Positions 50,308 through 61,191 of a stretch of 64,000 nt of DNA are shown here, piece by piece. A program made the translations under genes and the position numbers. The first letter of the stretch is position 1, and every line of letters begins with the position of its first letter. Below the pieces are notes generated by a model, which was not told the DNA's origin, made no database searches, and was given only the letters and a program-made list of their open reading frames with translations. Source of the DNA: Nitrospirota bacterium (GTDB lineage Bacteria; Nitrospirota; JACRHL01); NCBI GenBank assembly GCA_029858285.1, contig JAOUFN010000002.1, positions 77,896 to 141,895 on the forward strand. Reading direction: 5' to 3'.

Positions 50308-50341
50308 ACTGGAACCCCGTGACCGCCGCCGGAATCACCGC

Positions 50342-51166
50342 TCAATCGGCTGTTGCCGCCGCTGCGGCCGCCGCGATGTGGCCGTGCAGGGGCGAACTGG
50401 CCGTGGCGTGGAGTTTTTTCGGGATGCGCCCGGCCAAAAAGGCCTCGCGCCCGGCAATCACCGCGTGGCGCATGGCACGGGCCATGCGGATCGGCTCCCG
50501 TGCCCCGGCAATGGCCGTGTTCAGCAGCACCGCGTCCACTCCCAGTTCCATGGCCACCGCCACGTCCGAGGCGGTGCCGACCCCAGCGTCCACGATCACC
50601 GGGCAACTCACGCTCTCGCGGATGATCTGGATGGTGTACGGGTTGCACACCCCCAGACCGGAGCCGATGGGAGCGGCCAACGGCATCACCGCCGCGCACC
50701 CGGCGTCCTCGAAACGTTTGGCCATGATCGGGTCGTCGGTCATGTAGGGCAGCACGATAAAGCCCTCGCGCACCAGCACCTTGGCCGCTTCCAGGGTCGC
50801 CTGGTTGTCGGGAAACAGGGTGCGCTCGTCGGCGATCACCTCCAGCTTCACCAGGTCGCCGACGCCAGCCGCACGCGCCAGCCGCGCGGTGCGGATGGCC
50901 TCCTCGGCGGTATAGCAGCCCGCCGTGTTGGGCAGGATCTTGTAGATTTTCGGGTCCAGGTAATCCAGCAGGTTCGGCTGGCCGGGATCGGTGATATTCA
51001 CCCGCCGCACCGCCACCGTCACCACGTCGGCACCGGATTCCTCGATGGCGCGGCGTGTCTCGTCAAAATCCTTGTATTTGCCAGTGCCCACCCACAGCCG
51101 GGACCTGAAGGTGATGCCACCGAGGGTGAATGAATCCTGCGGGGCCTTTTGATCCTGCTGTGCCAT
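50342..51166 (-). CDS. thiG: Thiazole synthase
   Basis: [41 protein letters not shown] and the lysine Schiff-base region; 274 aa. Confidence 0.93.
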   Translation of the reverse strand: MAQQDQKAPQDSFTLGGITFRSRLWVGTGKYKDFDETRRAIEESGADVVTVAVRRVNITDPGQPNLLDYLDPKIYKILPNTAGCYTAEEAIRTARLARAAGVGDLVKLEVIADERTLFPDNQATLEAAKVLVREGFIVLPYMTDDPIMAKRFEDAGCAAVMPLAAPIGSGLGVCNPYTIQIIRESVSCPVIVDAGVGTASDVAVAMELGVDAVLLNTAIAGAREPIRMARAMRHAVIAGREAFLAGRIPKKLHATASSPLHGHIAAAAAAATAD

Positions 51167-51211
51167 GGGTGATGCTCCCGAAAACGCAAAAAAGGCGGTG
51201 AACGGGCGGCT

Positions 51212-51421
51212 TCAGCGTCCGCCGCCGACAAAGTGGATGATCTCGATGCGGTCGCCGTCGGTCAGCACCGTGTCGCCAAAGCGCTCGCGCTCGACGATGT
51301 CGAGGTTGCGCTCCACGGCCACGCGCGGTCCGCTGATGCCCAGTTCGGCGATCAGCCCCTGCACCGTGGTGCCGTCGGGGGTTTCCCGTGGACTGCCGTT
51401 GACGATGATGTTCACCCGCAC
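51212..51421 (-). CDS. thiS: Sulfur-carrier protein ThiS (ends ...VGGGR, one residue past the Gly-Gly)
   Basis: 69-aa beta-grasp protein MRVNIIVNG...DGDRIEIIHFVGGGR directly upstream of thiG. The C-terminus carries an Arg after the GG(G). Confidence 0.8.
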   Translation of the reverse strand: MRVNIIVNGSPRETPDGTTVQGLIAELGISGPRVAVERNLDIVERERFGDTVLTDGDRIEIIHFVGGGR

Positions 51422-51521
51422 ACCTGTCTTTCAGAGGGTTTCAGCGTAAAACGTGGGCAGGTCCATGGTCAATGTTGAATTCCCGACCGGCTCCCCGACC
51501 GGTTTTGCCCACCACGGCACG

Positions 51522-52025
51522 TCAGCGCGGCGGTTCCGGGTAGTTGGCGCTGCCGGGCATGGATTTCTGCGCGAACAGAAAGGTGGCGATGCGGTCTTTC
51601 TCGGTGGCGGACAGTTCGGTGAAATCCATGGCGTAGCGCCCGTCGTGCAGGGTTTTGCCGTTCATCTGGCGGCGCGGATCCTCCAGATAGGCGCGAATCC
51701 ACATGTAGGGATGACGGGTGCCCTCGCCGTCCAGTTCCGGGGCCAGCCCCCACTCCCCCACCTTGAGCACGGTGTGGCAGTTGCGGCAGCCGTACTGCTT
51801 GACCAGATGGAAGCCGACATCCGCCTCCGGCGACTCCTCGTAGACGTCGCGCACCCGCATCACGTCGCTGACGCCGGTAATGGCCAGCACCCAGAACACC
51901 ATCCCGAACACCAGCAACACGCCGACGGTGAACAGCAACACCCGCTCGCCGGTCTTCAGCCCGTTCCATGCGCCGCGCAGGCGCTCCCGCAAACCGGGAG
52001 CGGCAGGATGCCCCGGATCGCCCAT
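51522..52025 (-). CDS. Membrane-anchored mono-haem c-type cytochrome
   Basis: N-terminal TM (VLLFTVGVLLVFGMVFWVLAITGV) and CRNCH haem motif. The start was set at the ATG at 52025, overlapping the upstream gene stop (TGATG). Confidence 0.65.
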   Translation of the reverse strand: MGDPGHPAAPGLRERLRGAWNGLKTGERVLLFTVGVLLVFGMVFWVLAITGVSDVMRVRDVYEESPEADVGFHLVKQYGCRNCHTVLKVGEWGLAPELDGEGTRHPYMWIRAYLEDPRRQMNGKTLHDGRYAMDFTELSATEKDRIATFLFAQKSMPGSANYPEPPR

Positions 52026-52264
52026 CAGATGATGATCTTGAACACAAAGGCGAACAGGGCGTACACCAGTACCAGCACCACCCCTACCAGGGAGGCCCAC
52101 ACCATTACCTGCTCACCACGCTTGATGCGGTCGCCGCTGTGGTGAAAAAAACGCCACGCGATGTACAGGAACACCAGCACCGACAGCACAAAAAAGCCGA
52201 AGATGCTGTAACCAAAGATGTTTTCCGGGTTTGTGTCCATACCTCCAGGGCGCTTGTCGTACAT
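52025..52264 (-). CDS. Small 2-TM membrane protein (~79 aa), translationally coupled to the cytochrome
   Basis: IFGYSIFGFFVLSVLVFLYIAW and MVWASLVGVVLVLVYALFAFVF TM segments. The start chosen at 52264 has a GGGGAG ribosome-binding site. Confidence 0.35.
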   Translation of the reverse strand: MYDKRPGGMDTNPENIFGYSIFGFFVLSVLVFLYIAWRFFHHSGDRIKRGEQVMVWASLVGVVLVLVYALFAFVFKIII

Positions 52265-52433
52265 GCCCGCGCCACTCCCCACCCGCAACGAACCGGCAGC
52301 GGGGCAGGGCGCGAAGTCCGGGGTCTTTCCTTAACCCCCCGGTTTTTCCTATGCTTGACCGCTCAAGACAGGGTTCCAAGCGGGTCATTGTACGGCAACA
52401 GCATCCTCTTGGGGCAACATCCCGCAGGCGTGG

Positions 52434-53249
52434 ATGCAATCGGAGTACAGAATGCAACAGCGTTTTCTGGTGATCGGCGGCACGGGGGTGGCGGGAGGCG
52501 CGGCCATTGAGGCGGTCCACCGGCACTACGGCAAGGACGCCCACGTCACTGCCCTGTGGTACGGCCGCAAGCAGGAAGAACTGGCCATCGAGGGGGCGCA
52601 CACCGTGCTGTTCGGCGACATCAGCAACCCACAGGCATGGGACAGCATCGAGGCGGCCTCTGGCCGCGCCTATACCGCCCTGTTCTACGCCACCGCCCTG
52701 GGCGACGTGGGGTTCCCATCCTACCAGGCCAGCGCCGGGCAGATTGCCGAATCCAACCGCCTGTCCTTCGACCCGCTGCCGCAACTGGAAAAGCGCTTCG
52801 ACTGCGCGGCGGTGTTTTCCTATTCGACCTTTTACAATCTGGCCCACCAGCGCGTGACCTACGGCGCCATGGCCCATTCCAAGGCCGCCCTGGAGGCGTG
52901 GACCACGCAGCCTGGCAAAAGCCGCCGCGTGTGCATTCGCGCCGGGGCGTTCGTATCGGCCTCGTCCCAGGCCATCAAGCTGCTGGTGCGCCGCAACGCC
53001 GCCAAACTGGCCACCAGCGACGACCCGATCCTGCGTCAGTACTTCACCGACGTCAAACCGTCCGAGGCGGTGGAGAACATGCAGCAGGCGGTGTTCGACG
53101 AGGAGCGGGAACAGTTCGGCGACACCGGCACCGACCGCGAGGGGCTGATTCTGGCGCACTTGCGAGCATTCGCCGAGCCGGACGCCCGTTTCGTGTGCGT
53201 GGCCGGCAAGCGCGTGTGGGTAGAGGCCGAGCCCCAGCCGGTGCTGTGA
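52434..53249 (+). CDS. NAD(P)-binding short-chain dehydrogenase, FabI-like (enoyl-ACP reductase-like, Y-x6-K)
   Basis: Rossmann N-terminus RFLVIGGTGVAGGAAIEAV and YGAMAHSKAALEAW (Tyr-x6-Lys, as in the FabI YNVMGLAKASLEA motif); 271 aa. Confidence 0.45.
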   Translation: MQSEYRMQQRFLVIGGTGVAGGAAIEAVHRHYGKDAHVTALWYGRKQEELAIEGAHTVLFGDISNPQAWDSIEAASGRAYTALFYATALGDVGFPSYQASAGQIAESNRLSFDPLPQLEKRFDCAAVFSYSTFYNLAHQRVTYGAMAHSKAALEAWTTQPGKSRRVCIRAGAFVSASSQAIKLLVRRNAAKLATSDDPILRQYFTDVKPSEAVENMQQAVFDEEREQFGDTGTDREGLILAHLRAFAEPDARFVCVAGKRVWVEAEPQPVL

Positions 53250-53332
53250 ACGACAGGCTTTCCCCGCCACCCCGGCGGGGCCTATAATCGGAGCCTTTGC
53301 ACTCCCCTCTTCCGCCCGGGCACAGGATTTTT

Positions 53333-53806
53333 ATGAGCAAAACCCTCGCGGCGGGCCAGCCCGCCCCTGCTTTTGAACTGGACGCCAGCACCGGCAACAA
53401 GGTGTCCCTGGCGTCCCTCAAGGGGCACCCGGTGGTGCTGTTTTTCTATCCCAAGGACAACACCCCCGGCTGCACCCGCGAGGCCTGCGGCTTTCGCGAC
53501 CTGAAGGCCGACTTCGACGCCGTCGGGGCACGGGTGTTCGGCGTCAGCGCCGACTCTCTCAAGTCCCACGACAAATTCGTGCAGGACCACGGCCTCAACA
53601 TGCCCCTGCTGTCGGACCCGCAACACGCCATGCTGGAAGCCTACGGTGTGTGGGGCGAAAAGAAAAATTACGGCAAGACCTACATGGGCATCACCCGCAC
53701 CACGGTGCTGATCGATGCCAGCGGCAGGGTGGCACGGGTGTGGGCCAAGGTGCAGGTGGACGGCCACCCCGAAGAGGTGCTGGCCGCCGTGCGTGAACTG
53801 GCCTAG
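53333..53806 (+). CDS. bcp: Thiol peroxidase Bcp (peroxiredoxin Q family)
   Basis: PAPAFELDASTGNKVSLASLKGHPVVLFFYPKDNTPGCTREAC peroxidatic-Cys motif. A TATAAT lies at 53283-53288 upstream. Confidence 0.9.
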   Translation: MSKTLAAGQPAPAFELDASTGNKVSLASLKGHPVVLFFYPKDNTPGCTREACGFRDLKADFDAVGARVFGVSADSLKSHDKFVQDHGLNMPLLSDPQHAMLEAYGVWGEKKNYGKTYMGITRTTVLIDASGRVARVWAKVQVDGHPEEVLAAVRELA

Positions 53807-53831
53807 CGGCCCGCCGGAAGCCCCCCGCCCC

Positions 53832-55330
<1,499 letters not shown>

Positions 55331-55334
<4 letters not shown>

Positions 55335-55636
55335 GCGGCAGTGGCGGAAAAAGCGGCGCGGGGGCGCGCATCGTGGTCACCGTGCAAGGGGTGGACCAGG
55401 TGGGAATCGTGGCCCGGGTCACCACACTGCTCGCGGAGTGTCGCGCCAACCTGACGGATATCTCCCAGTCGGTGCTGGGGGGCGACCTGTTCGTGATGGT
55501 GGCGGTGGCCGACCTGCTGCCGGACGGTGCCTCCTTCGAAAACCTGTCCGATCACATGGCCGCTCTGGCGGAATCGCTGGGGGTGGAAATCCGCGTGCAG
55601 CGCGAGGAAATCTTCCGCGCCATGCACCGGGTATAG
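55331..55636 (+). CDS. ACT-domain protein (UPF0237 family)
   Basis: IVVTVQGVDQVGIVARVTTLLAECRANLTDISQ...GDLFVMVAVAD ACT fold of 101 aa. The ATG overlaps the trpE stop (ATGA). Confidence 0.65.
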
Positions 55637-55645
55637 GTCTCCCCA

Positions 55646-57006
55646 TGTCCCTGACCCTGCACGAAATTTTCGAAACCCTGGGCATGGTGCGCGAGGCACA
55701 CCTGGACATCCGCACCGTGACCATGGGCATCAACCTTCAGGACTGTTCCGGGCCCGATGCCCGGGAGGTTGCCCGGCGGGTGGCCGGACGCATCCGCGAG
55801 CGCGCGGCACGTCTCAAGGAGGAGACCCGGCGGGTGTCGCGGGAGTACGGGGTGCCCATCGTCAACGCCCGCGTGGCGGTGACCCCGGTGGCCAACCTGC
55901 TGCAAAACCCCTCGCCGGATGATTTCCTGTTGCTGGCCAAAGCCATGGATCAGGCTGCAAGGGAGATCGGCGTCGATTTTCTGGGGGGCTTTTCCGCCCT
56001 GGTGGAAAAGGGCACCACACGAGCCGAGGATGCCTATCTGGAAGCCCTGCCAACGGTGCTGGCGGAGACCGAGCGGGTGTGCGCCAGCGTCAACGTGGCC
56101 TCCACCCACGCGGGCATCCACATGGGGGCGGTGGCGCGCATGGGGCATGTGATCGCCGAGGCCGCCCGCCTCACCGCCCATGCGGACGGCATCGCCTGCG
56201 CCAAGCTGGTGGTGTTCGCCAACGCGGTGGGTGACAACCCGTTCATGGCCGGGGCCTTTCACGGCTTTGGCGAGCCGGAGTGCGCCGTCAACGTTGGCAT
56301 CAGCGGCCCCGGCGTGGTGTCCCGCGCCCTTGACCGGGTGGCAGGCGGCGACCTGGGGGAGGTGGCCGAGACCATCAAGCGGGCCGCCTTCCAGATCACC
56401 CGCGCCGGAGAACTGATTGGCCGCGAACTGGCTTCCCGTCTGGGGGTTCCCTTCGGGGTGCTGGACCTGTCCCTGGCCCCCACCAACACGGTGGGCGACT
56501 CGGTGGGAGAAATTCTCGAAAAGATCGGTCTGGAGCAGGTCGGCGGCCACGGTTCCACCGCCGCCCTGGCGCTGCTCAACGACGCGGTCAAGAAGGGCGG
56601 GGCGTTCGCCTCCAGTTATGTGGGGGGGTTGTCCGGGGCGTTCATTCCGGTCAGCGAGGACACCGTGATGGCCGCAGCGGCGGCGGCGGGCACCCTGACC
56701 CTCGCCAAGCTCGAGGCCATGACCAGTGTCTGCTCCGTGGGGCTGGACATGGTGGCGGTCCCCGGTGACACGCCCCCGGAAACCCTGGCGGCGATCATCG
56801 CCGACGAGGCCGCCATCGGCGTTATCAACAACAAGACCACCGCCGTGCGGCTGGTGCCGGTACCCGGCAAAAAAGTGGGGGATATGGCCCGCTTTGGTGG
56901 GTTGTTGGGGGAGGCGCCGGTGATCGCGGTGCACCCTGCGTCCGCCGCAGTGATGATCCGCCGGGGGGGGCGCATCCCGGCCCCCCTGAACGCCCTGAAA
57001 AATTAA
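55646..57006 (+). CDS. UPF0210 (DUF711, PFL-like) family protein, partner of the ACT protein
   Basis: MSLTLHEIFETLGMVREAHLDIRTVTMGINL N-terminus characteristic of UPF0210; 453 aa; conserved pairing with UPF0237. Confidence 0.65.
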
Positions 57007-57027
57007 TCCGAAAAACCCGACCCGGGC

Positions 57028-57243
57028 TTACTGGTGGCGGGCCGCCTCCGTCACCATGAACAGGTGTGCCCACTTCTTCTCCCCCGCCTTGTTGCGGTAG
57101 GCAACGCGGAAATTGCGCGCCGAAGTGGTGGTGTCGATGGAGAGCAATTCTTCGGGGCTCAGGTCGCTGCGACGCAGCGCGGCGGCCAGCATCTCCTCGG
57201 TAACCCCCATGCGCTGGCACCCGGCGCGGAACTCGTCCGACAT
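57028..57243 (-). CDS. Hypothetical small protein (71 aa)
   Basis: Internal ATG of ORF 57028..57588: MSDEFRAGCQRMGVTEEMLAAALRRSDLSPEELLSIDTTTSARNFRVAYRNKAGEKKWAHLFMVTEAARHQ. Divergent from the STAND gene. Confidence 0.3.
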   Translation of the reverse strand: MSDEFRAGCQRMGVTEEMLAAALRRSDLSPEELLSIDTTTSARNFRVAYRNKAGEKKWAHLFMVTEAARHQ

Positions 57244-57506
57244 GTTTAATTCGATCGTGGTCACGTTGGCTCCCGTTGCTGCCACAATTCCCGTTTCCGG
57301 GCGACCCCGCCCCGCCCGGCACCCGTGTTCGAAAAACGCCCCCGGCATCTCGCCCCCGGCGTCCACCAAAGTGCCCGGGCATGCTAACATGGGCGCTTTC
57401 CATGAACAAGGTCCCCCTGCGGCCGGGTACCGGCGGACCCCCCAGGCCGTACGACAGGACTTGTCCGGAAAGCCCCGTTTTGAATGCCTAGTTTTGGACA
57501 GAACCG

Positions 57507-59492
57507 ATGAGTCATACCACACCCCACAACCTGCTCCCCGTCTCCAACGCCTTTTGTGGGCGAGACACGGAACTGGACTCCCTGGCAAACCAGGTGGTCG
57601 AACACTCCGTCAGCCACCTGTGCGGCCTGGCCGGTATCGGCAAAACCGCCCTGGCCACCGCATTGGGACACCGGCTGCGCGCCGGGAGCGACTTTCCGGG
57701 GGGCATCTGGCATGTGTCCCTGGATGCCGCCAGCGGGGAAAGCGCGTGGGCCGGCGACCTCACCCGGATCCTGGGTACGACCGGCCCCGGACCGGGCCGC
57801 CTGCTGGTGTTGTGGGATCAGACCGATTCCCTGCTCGAAGTGGATCCGGAAAAAATTGCCGCCACCCTGAGTGAGTTGTTTCCGTCCACGCTCGCCCACC
57901 ACCTGGTGGTGGCGCGACAGGCACTGCCGGAAACCCCCGGCACTCTGCTGGGCGGATTGGCGCAGGAATTCGCAGCCAGCGTGTTCGACGCCACCCGGAA
58001 GGCGGTCGGCATCCACGGCGCGGCAACCCTGCCCGCAGGTGCCACGGGCAATCCCCTGGCCCTGTTGCTGGCGGCACACGCCAGCGCCAATGGAACTGCC
58101 CCGCAGGTGGCGGACACGGCAGAGACCGCCATTCAGCGCGCCACCACGCACCTGGATACCACCGGTCGACGGCTGCTGGTCATCCTCAGCGCCCTCCCCG
58201 GTGGTGTCACCGGTGAAGCGCTGCACTCCATCATCGGCGACGACTGGAACGACGGCCTCGAGGCGCTGGAAAAATCCGGGCTGGCCATTGCCTCCGGCTC
58301 GCGCCACGCCACGCACCCCGCCGTAACCCTGTGGCTGGAGCAGCACGCCGATGAATGGCGGCTGGACACCTACCGCGATCAGGTGGCGTTTTATTTGCAG
58401 CACATGCTCAATGCGTGCAAGGAACAGGTTTCCAGCGGCAACATGGGCGCGGTGTTGCGCTACATGGACGGGGAGTGGAGCAACCTGCGAGCTGCCTTTT
58501 CCTGGGCCGTGAAGCGCATCGAACAACAGGGCGCGGACATGGAGGAGCAGCAAGCTGTGGTGATGGATTTCGCCCTCGGCCTGTTCCACCTGTTCACCTA
58601 CCGCCGCATGACCGCCGACGGCATCCGCTGGCTGGACCGGGGATTGGCCGCTGGCCAGACACTGGGACGCCCCCAGGAACTGGCACTGCTGTACGACTAC
58701 CGGGGGCTGTTGCGGGTGGAAATGAACCAGCAGGAGCTGGCCCGCGAAGATTTTCTCCTCGCCTGGCAGGCCTTCCGCAACTCCGACGATGACCAGCCCG
58801 CTGCCATGACGGCTTACCACCTCGGCCAGTTGGCGCTGGACATGCAAAATCTGGCGGAGGCGCGGGAGTATTTCGAATTAGCACTGCCCGTGCTGCGCCG
58901 CAACAAAAACCGCATGTTCGCCGCCCAGGTGGGCACCCTGCTGGGACAGGTCTATCTGAAAGACCACGAGTACGAGAACGCCCACGAAGAGTTTACCGAC
59001 GCCCTGGAACTCTACGCGGAGGGCACTCTTTCACCGGAATTGCGAATCGCCGCCATGTTTGGCCTGGCCCAGGCCAGTGCCCAGGACAGGCAACCCGAGA
59101 CCGCCGCGACCGAGGCGCGGCAGGCGCTGGAAGCCTTGATGCAAATGCCGCCCCGCGCCGCCACCGCCCTGATCCTGAATGTGGTGAACACGGCGCGGAG
59201 TTTTGCCAGTGCCGGGTCCGGCGCCATCCTGCTGGAAGGCCTGGGGGCCGCCCTTGAGGAAGCCCTGGCCCAATACCGGACAAAGGCCCCGCGTCCCGAA
59301 TTCGTCAACGACTGGCGGCTGACCTGCGAACTCTTTGGCCGACTGGCGTCCGTGGTAAATACCGCGGCCGCGGCGGTGGGGGGAGACAAGGAGGCCCGTG
59401 AATTCCTGGTGGAGCTGGCCCGTGACGTGGACCAGTCCACCGGTCGCCTGATGCGCCTCGAGGAGTGGACCCAGTCGCTGGTCGCGGGCTGA
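57507..59492 (+). CDS. STAND-class NTPase (NB-ARC-like) with C-terminal TPR-like helical repeats, no N-terminal effector domain
   Basis: FCGRDTELDSL followed by P-loop GLAGIGKTALATALG, Walker B LLVLWDQTD, then a long helical TPR-like region (EAREYFELALPVLRR...); 661 aa. Confidence 0.6.
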   Translation: MSHTTPHNLLPVSNAFCGRDTELDSLANQVVEHSVSHLCGLAGIGKTALATALGHRLRAGSDFPGGIWHVSLDAASGESAWAGDLTRILGTTGPGPGRLLVLWDQTDSLLEVDPEKIAATLSELFPSTLAHHLVVARQALPETPGTLLGGLAQEFAASVFDATRKAVGIHGAATLPAGATGNPLALLLAAHASANGTAPQVADTAETAIQRATTHLDTTGRRLLVILSALPGGVTGEALHSIIGDDWNDGLEALEKSGLAIASGSRHATHPAVTLWLEQHADEWRLDTYRDQVAFYLQHMLNACKEQVSSGNMGAVLRYMDGEWSNLRAAFSWAVKRIEQQGADMEEQQAVVMDFALGLFHLFTYRRMTADGIRWLDRGLAAGQTLGRPQELALLYDYRGLLRVEMNQQELAREDFLLAWQAFRNSDDDQPAAMTAYHLGQLALDMQNLAEAREYFELALPVLRRNKNRMFAAQVGTLLGQVYLKDHEYENAHEEFTDALELYAEGTLSPELRIAAMFGLAQASAQDRQPETAATEARQALEALMQMPPRAATALILNVVNTARSFASAGSGAILLEGLGAALEEALAQYRTKAPRPEFVNDWRLTCELFGRLASVVNTAAAAVGGDKEAREFLVELARDVDQSTGRLMRLEEWTQSLVAG

Positions 59493-59549
59493 AGCGCTGC
59501 CCCGTCCGGTACGGAGTGGCCGGGCCGTTGAGGCCGTGGCGGATGCGGG

Positions 59550-60068
59550 CTATTCGCCTTCCGGCGATTTTTCCAGCAAGTTTTTCGCCAAATCTTCCGG
59601 CAAATCTTCCGGCGGATGGGGAGGGCGGTGGCGCCGGTAGCTGCGGACCAGCACCCTCACCCCCCAGTAGCTGAGGACGGAACACACCACACCTACCAGC
59701 GTCGAGCCCACCACAAACGGCATGACGTAGGGGCCAAGCTGGCTGATGAACTGGCTGAAGGAAAGGCCCGCGAAATCCAGCGGGGGCAGCGTTTTCCCTG
59801 GCGCCCAGATGTGCAACCCAACCCACAGGCAGGCACCGTAAAGGGGCACCATGGTCCAGAAATTATTCATCAGCACCCCTGCGAACAGCGCCACCGGGTT
59901 AAGCCGGAACAGGGCTACTGCGGCGACCGCCAGCGGCACATGCAAGCCGAACAACGGGGAAAAGGCGATGAACACCCCCACGGCGAAGGCCTGCGCCAGG
60001 TGATGGGGGTCTCCACCCAACACCAGCAGGGCGCGCAGGCGCTCACGCAGCGTGGGCTTGGTCGTCAC
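59550..60068 (-). CDS. DUF2062-like small membrane protein
   Basis: LRERLRALLVLGGDPHHLAQAFAVGVFIAFSP pattern followed by 3-4 TM segments. The start was chosen at the GTG at 60068 (GTGA overlap with the thiL stop); the ATG at 60128 would overlap thiL by 60 nt. Confidence 0.5.
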   Translation of the reverse strand: MTTKPTLRERLRALLVLGGDPHHLAQAFAVGVFIAFSPLFGLHVPLAVAAVALFRLNPVALFAGVLMNNFWTMVPLYGACLWVGLHIWAPGKTLPPLDFAGLSFSQFISQLGPYVMPFVVGSTLVGVVCSVLSYWGVRVLVRSYRRHRPPHPPEDLPEDLAKNLLEKSPEGE

Positions 60069-61045
60069 TGGAGAAAATGCTCGTAGCCGGGCGCCGGAGG
60101 CCGACACGCCCGACCGTCGGCGTACCACTGGAGTCCGGGTTCGGTGGTGATGGAGCCGATGCGCACTGCCGCCACGCTGCCTGCCCGCACCAGCGCCTCC
60201 ACCCGGTCCACTGCATCGGCGGGCACGGTAAACAGCAGTTCGTAGTCCTCCCCGCCCCCGGCGGCGAACGGCACCGCATCCAGCCCCAGGGACCGGCAGG
60301 CGGCCTGCAACGCAGCCGAAACCGGCAGCAGTTCCGCATCCACACGCGCCCCCACGCCACTCTGCTCCAGAATGTGCCCCAGATCACGCAACAGGCCGTC
60401 AGAGATGTCGATCATGGCGCTCACTCCCGCCTCGCGCAGCAATGGCCCCTCGGCCACCCGGGCGCGCGGGGCCAGGTGTCGTCGCACCAGTTCCTCGCGT
60501 GCCGGTTGCGGCACCCCGCCCGGCCCGTCGGTCAGCAGGCGCAACCCCAGGGCGCTGTCACCGGGGGTTCCGGTGACGTACAGGGCGTCCCCCGCGCGGG
60601 CGCCGGAGCGCCGTACCGCCCGCCCCTCGGGCACCTCGCCCAACACGGTGACCGCGATCATCAGGGACCCCGGCGAGGCACAGGTATCGCCACCGGCCAA
60701 GGTAACACCACAACGACGGGCCACGGTGCAAAAGCCATCCACCAGCGGCAGGAAGCGGGCAGGCTCCCTCCCCGGTAACCCCAGTCCCAAAACGGCATGC
60801 CGGGGAGTCCCCCCCATGGCGGCGACATCGCTCAGGTTCACAGCCAGGGCCTTGGCCCCCAAATCTTCGAGGGTGCCGTGGCCGAGGGTGAAATGCACCC
60901 CCTCGATCAGCAGGTCCGAGGTGACCAACTGGTCACACCCGGGGGCCGGGCTCCACACCGCGCAATCGTCACCGATGCCCAGCGCAAGGCTGCCAGAGGG
61001 GGCCACGGCCCGCACACGCTGAATGAAATCGAATTCGGCTACCAC
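60065..61045 (-). CDS. thiL: Thiamine-monophosphate kinase
   Basis: EFDFIQRV...GIGDDCAV...TSDLLIEGVHF ThiL/AIR-synthase-related fold; 326 aa. Confidence 0.88.
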   Translation of the reverse strand: MVAEFDFIQRVRAVAPSGSLALGIGDDCAVWSPAPGCDQLVTSDLLIEGVHFTLGHGTLEDLGAKALAVNLSDVAAMGGTPRHAVLGLGLPGREPARFLPLVDGFCTVARRCGVTLAGGDTCASPGSLMIAVTVLGEVPEGRAVRRSGARAGDALYVTGTPGDSALGLRLLTDGPGGVPQPAREELVRRHLAPRARVAEGPLLREAGVSAMIDISDGLLRDLGHILEQSGVGARVDAELLPVSAALQAACRSLGLDAVPFAAGGGEDYELLFTVPADAVDRVEALVRAGSVAAVRIGSITTEPGLQWYADGRACRPPAPGYEHFLQ

Positions 61046-61191
61046 CTGGGAAAAATCCTGACCGCGAGACCGGGCTCGCCCATGTTAGCCGCAGGCACCC
61101 CACCGACTCAAACCTGAAGCGGAGACACAACGGGATATTGTCCGGGTCATTCTACACGCGAACCGACCCGAACCAGCCCGCACGACCGAAG

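Noticed and set aside
51422-51525. Possible TPP riboswitch upstream of thiS-thiG-thiE (and similarly upstream of thiO at 25426-25620)
   Set aside because: I looked for the ordered THI-box elements (GGGGUGC ... CUGAGA ... ACCC ... GAACCUGAUC-GG-UAAUGCC-GCG-AGGGA) on the appropriate strand. Only scattered partial matches appear (GGGGAGCC, CTGAAACCC), and they are in the wrong order. An Rfam cmsearch (RF00059) would settle it.
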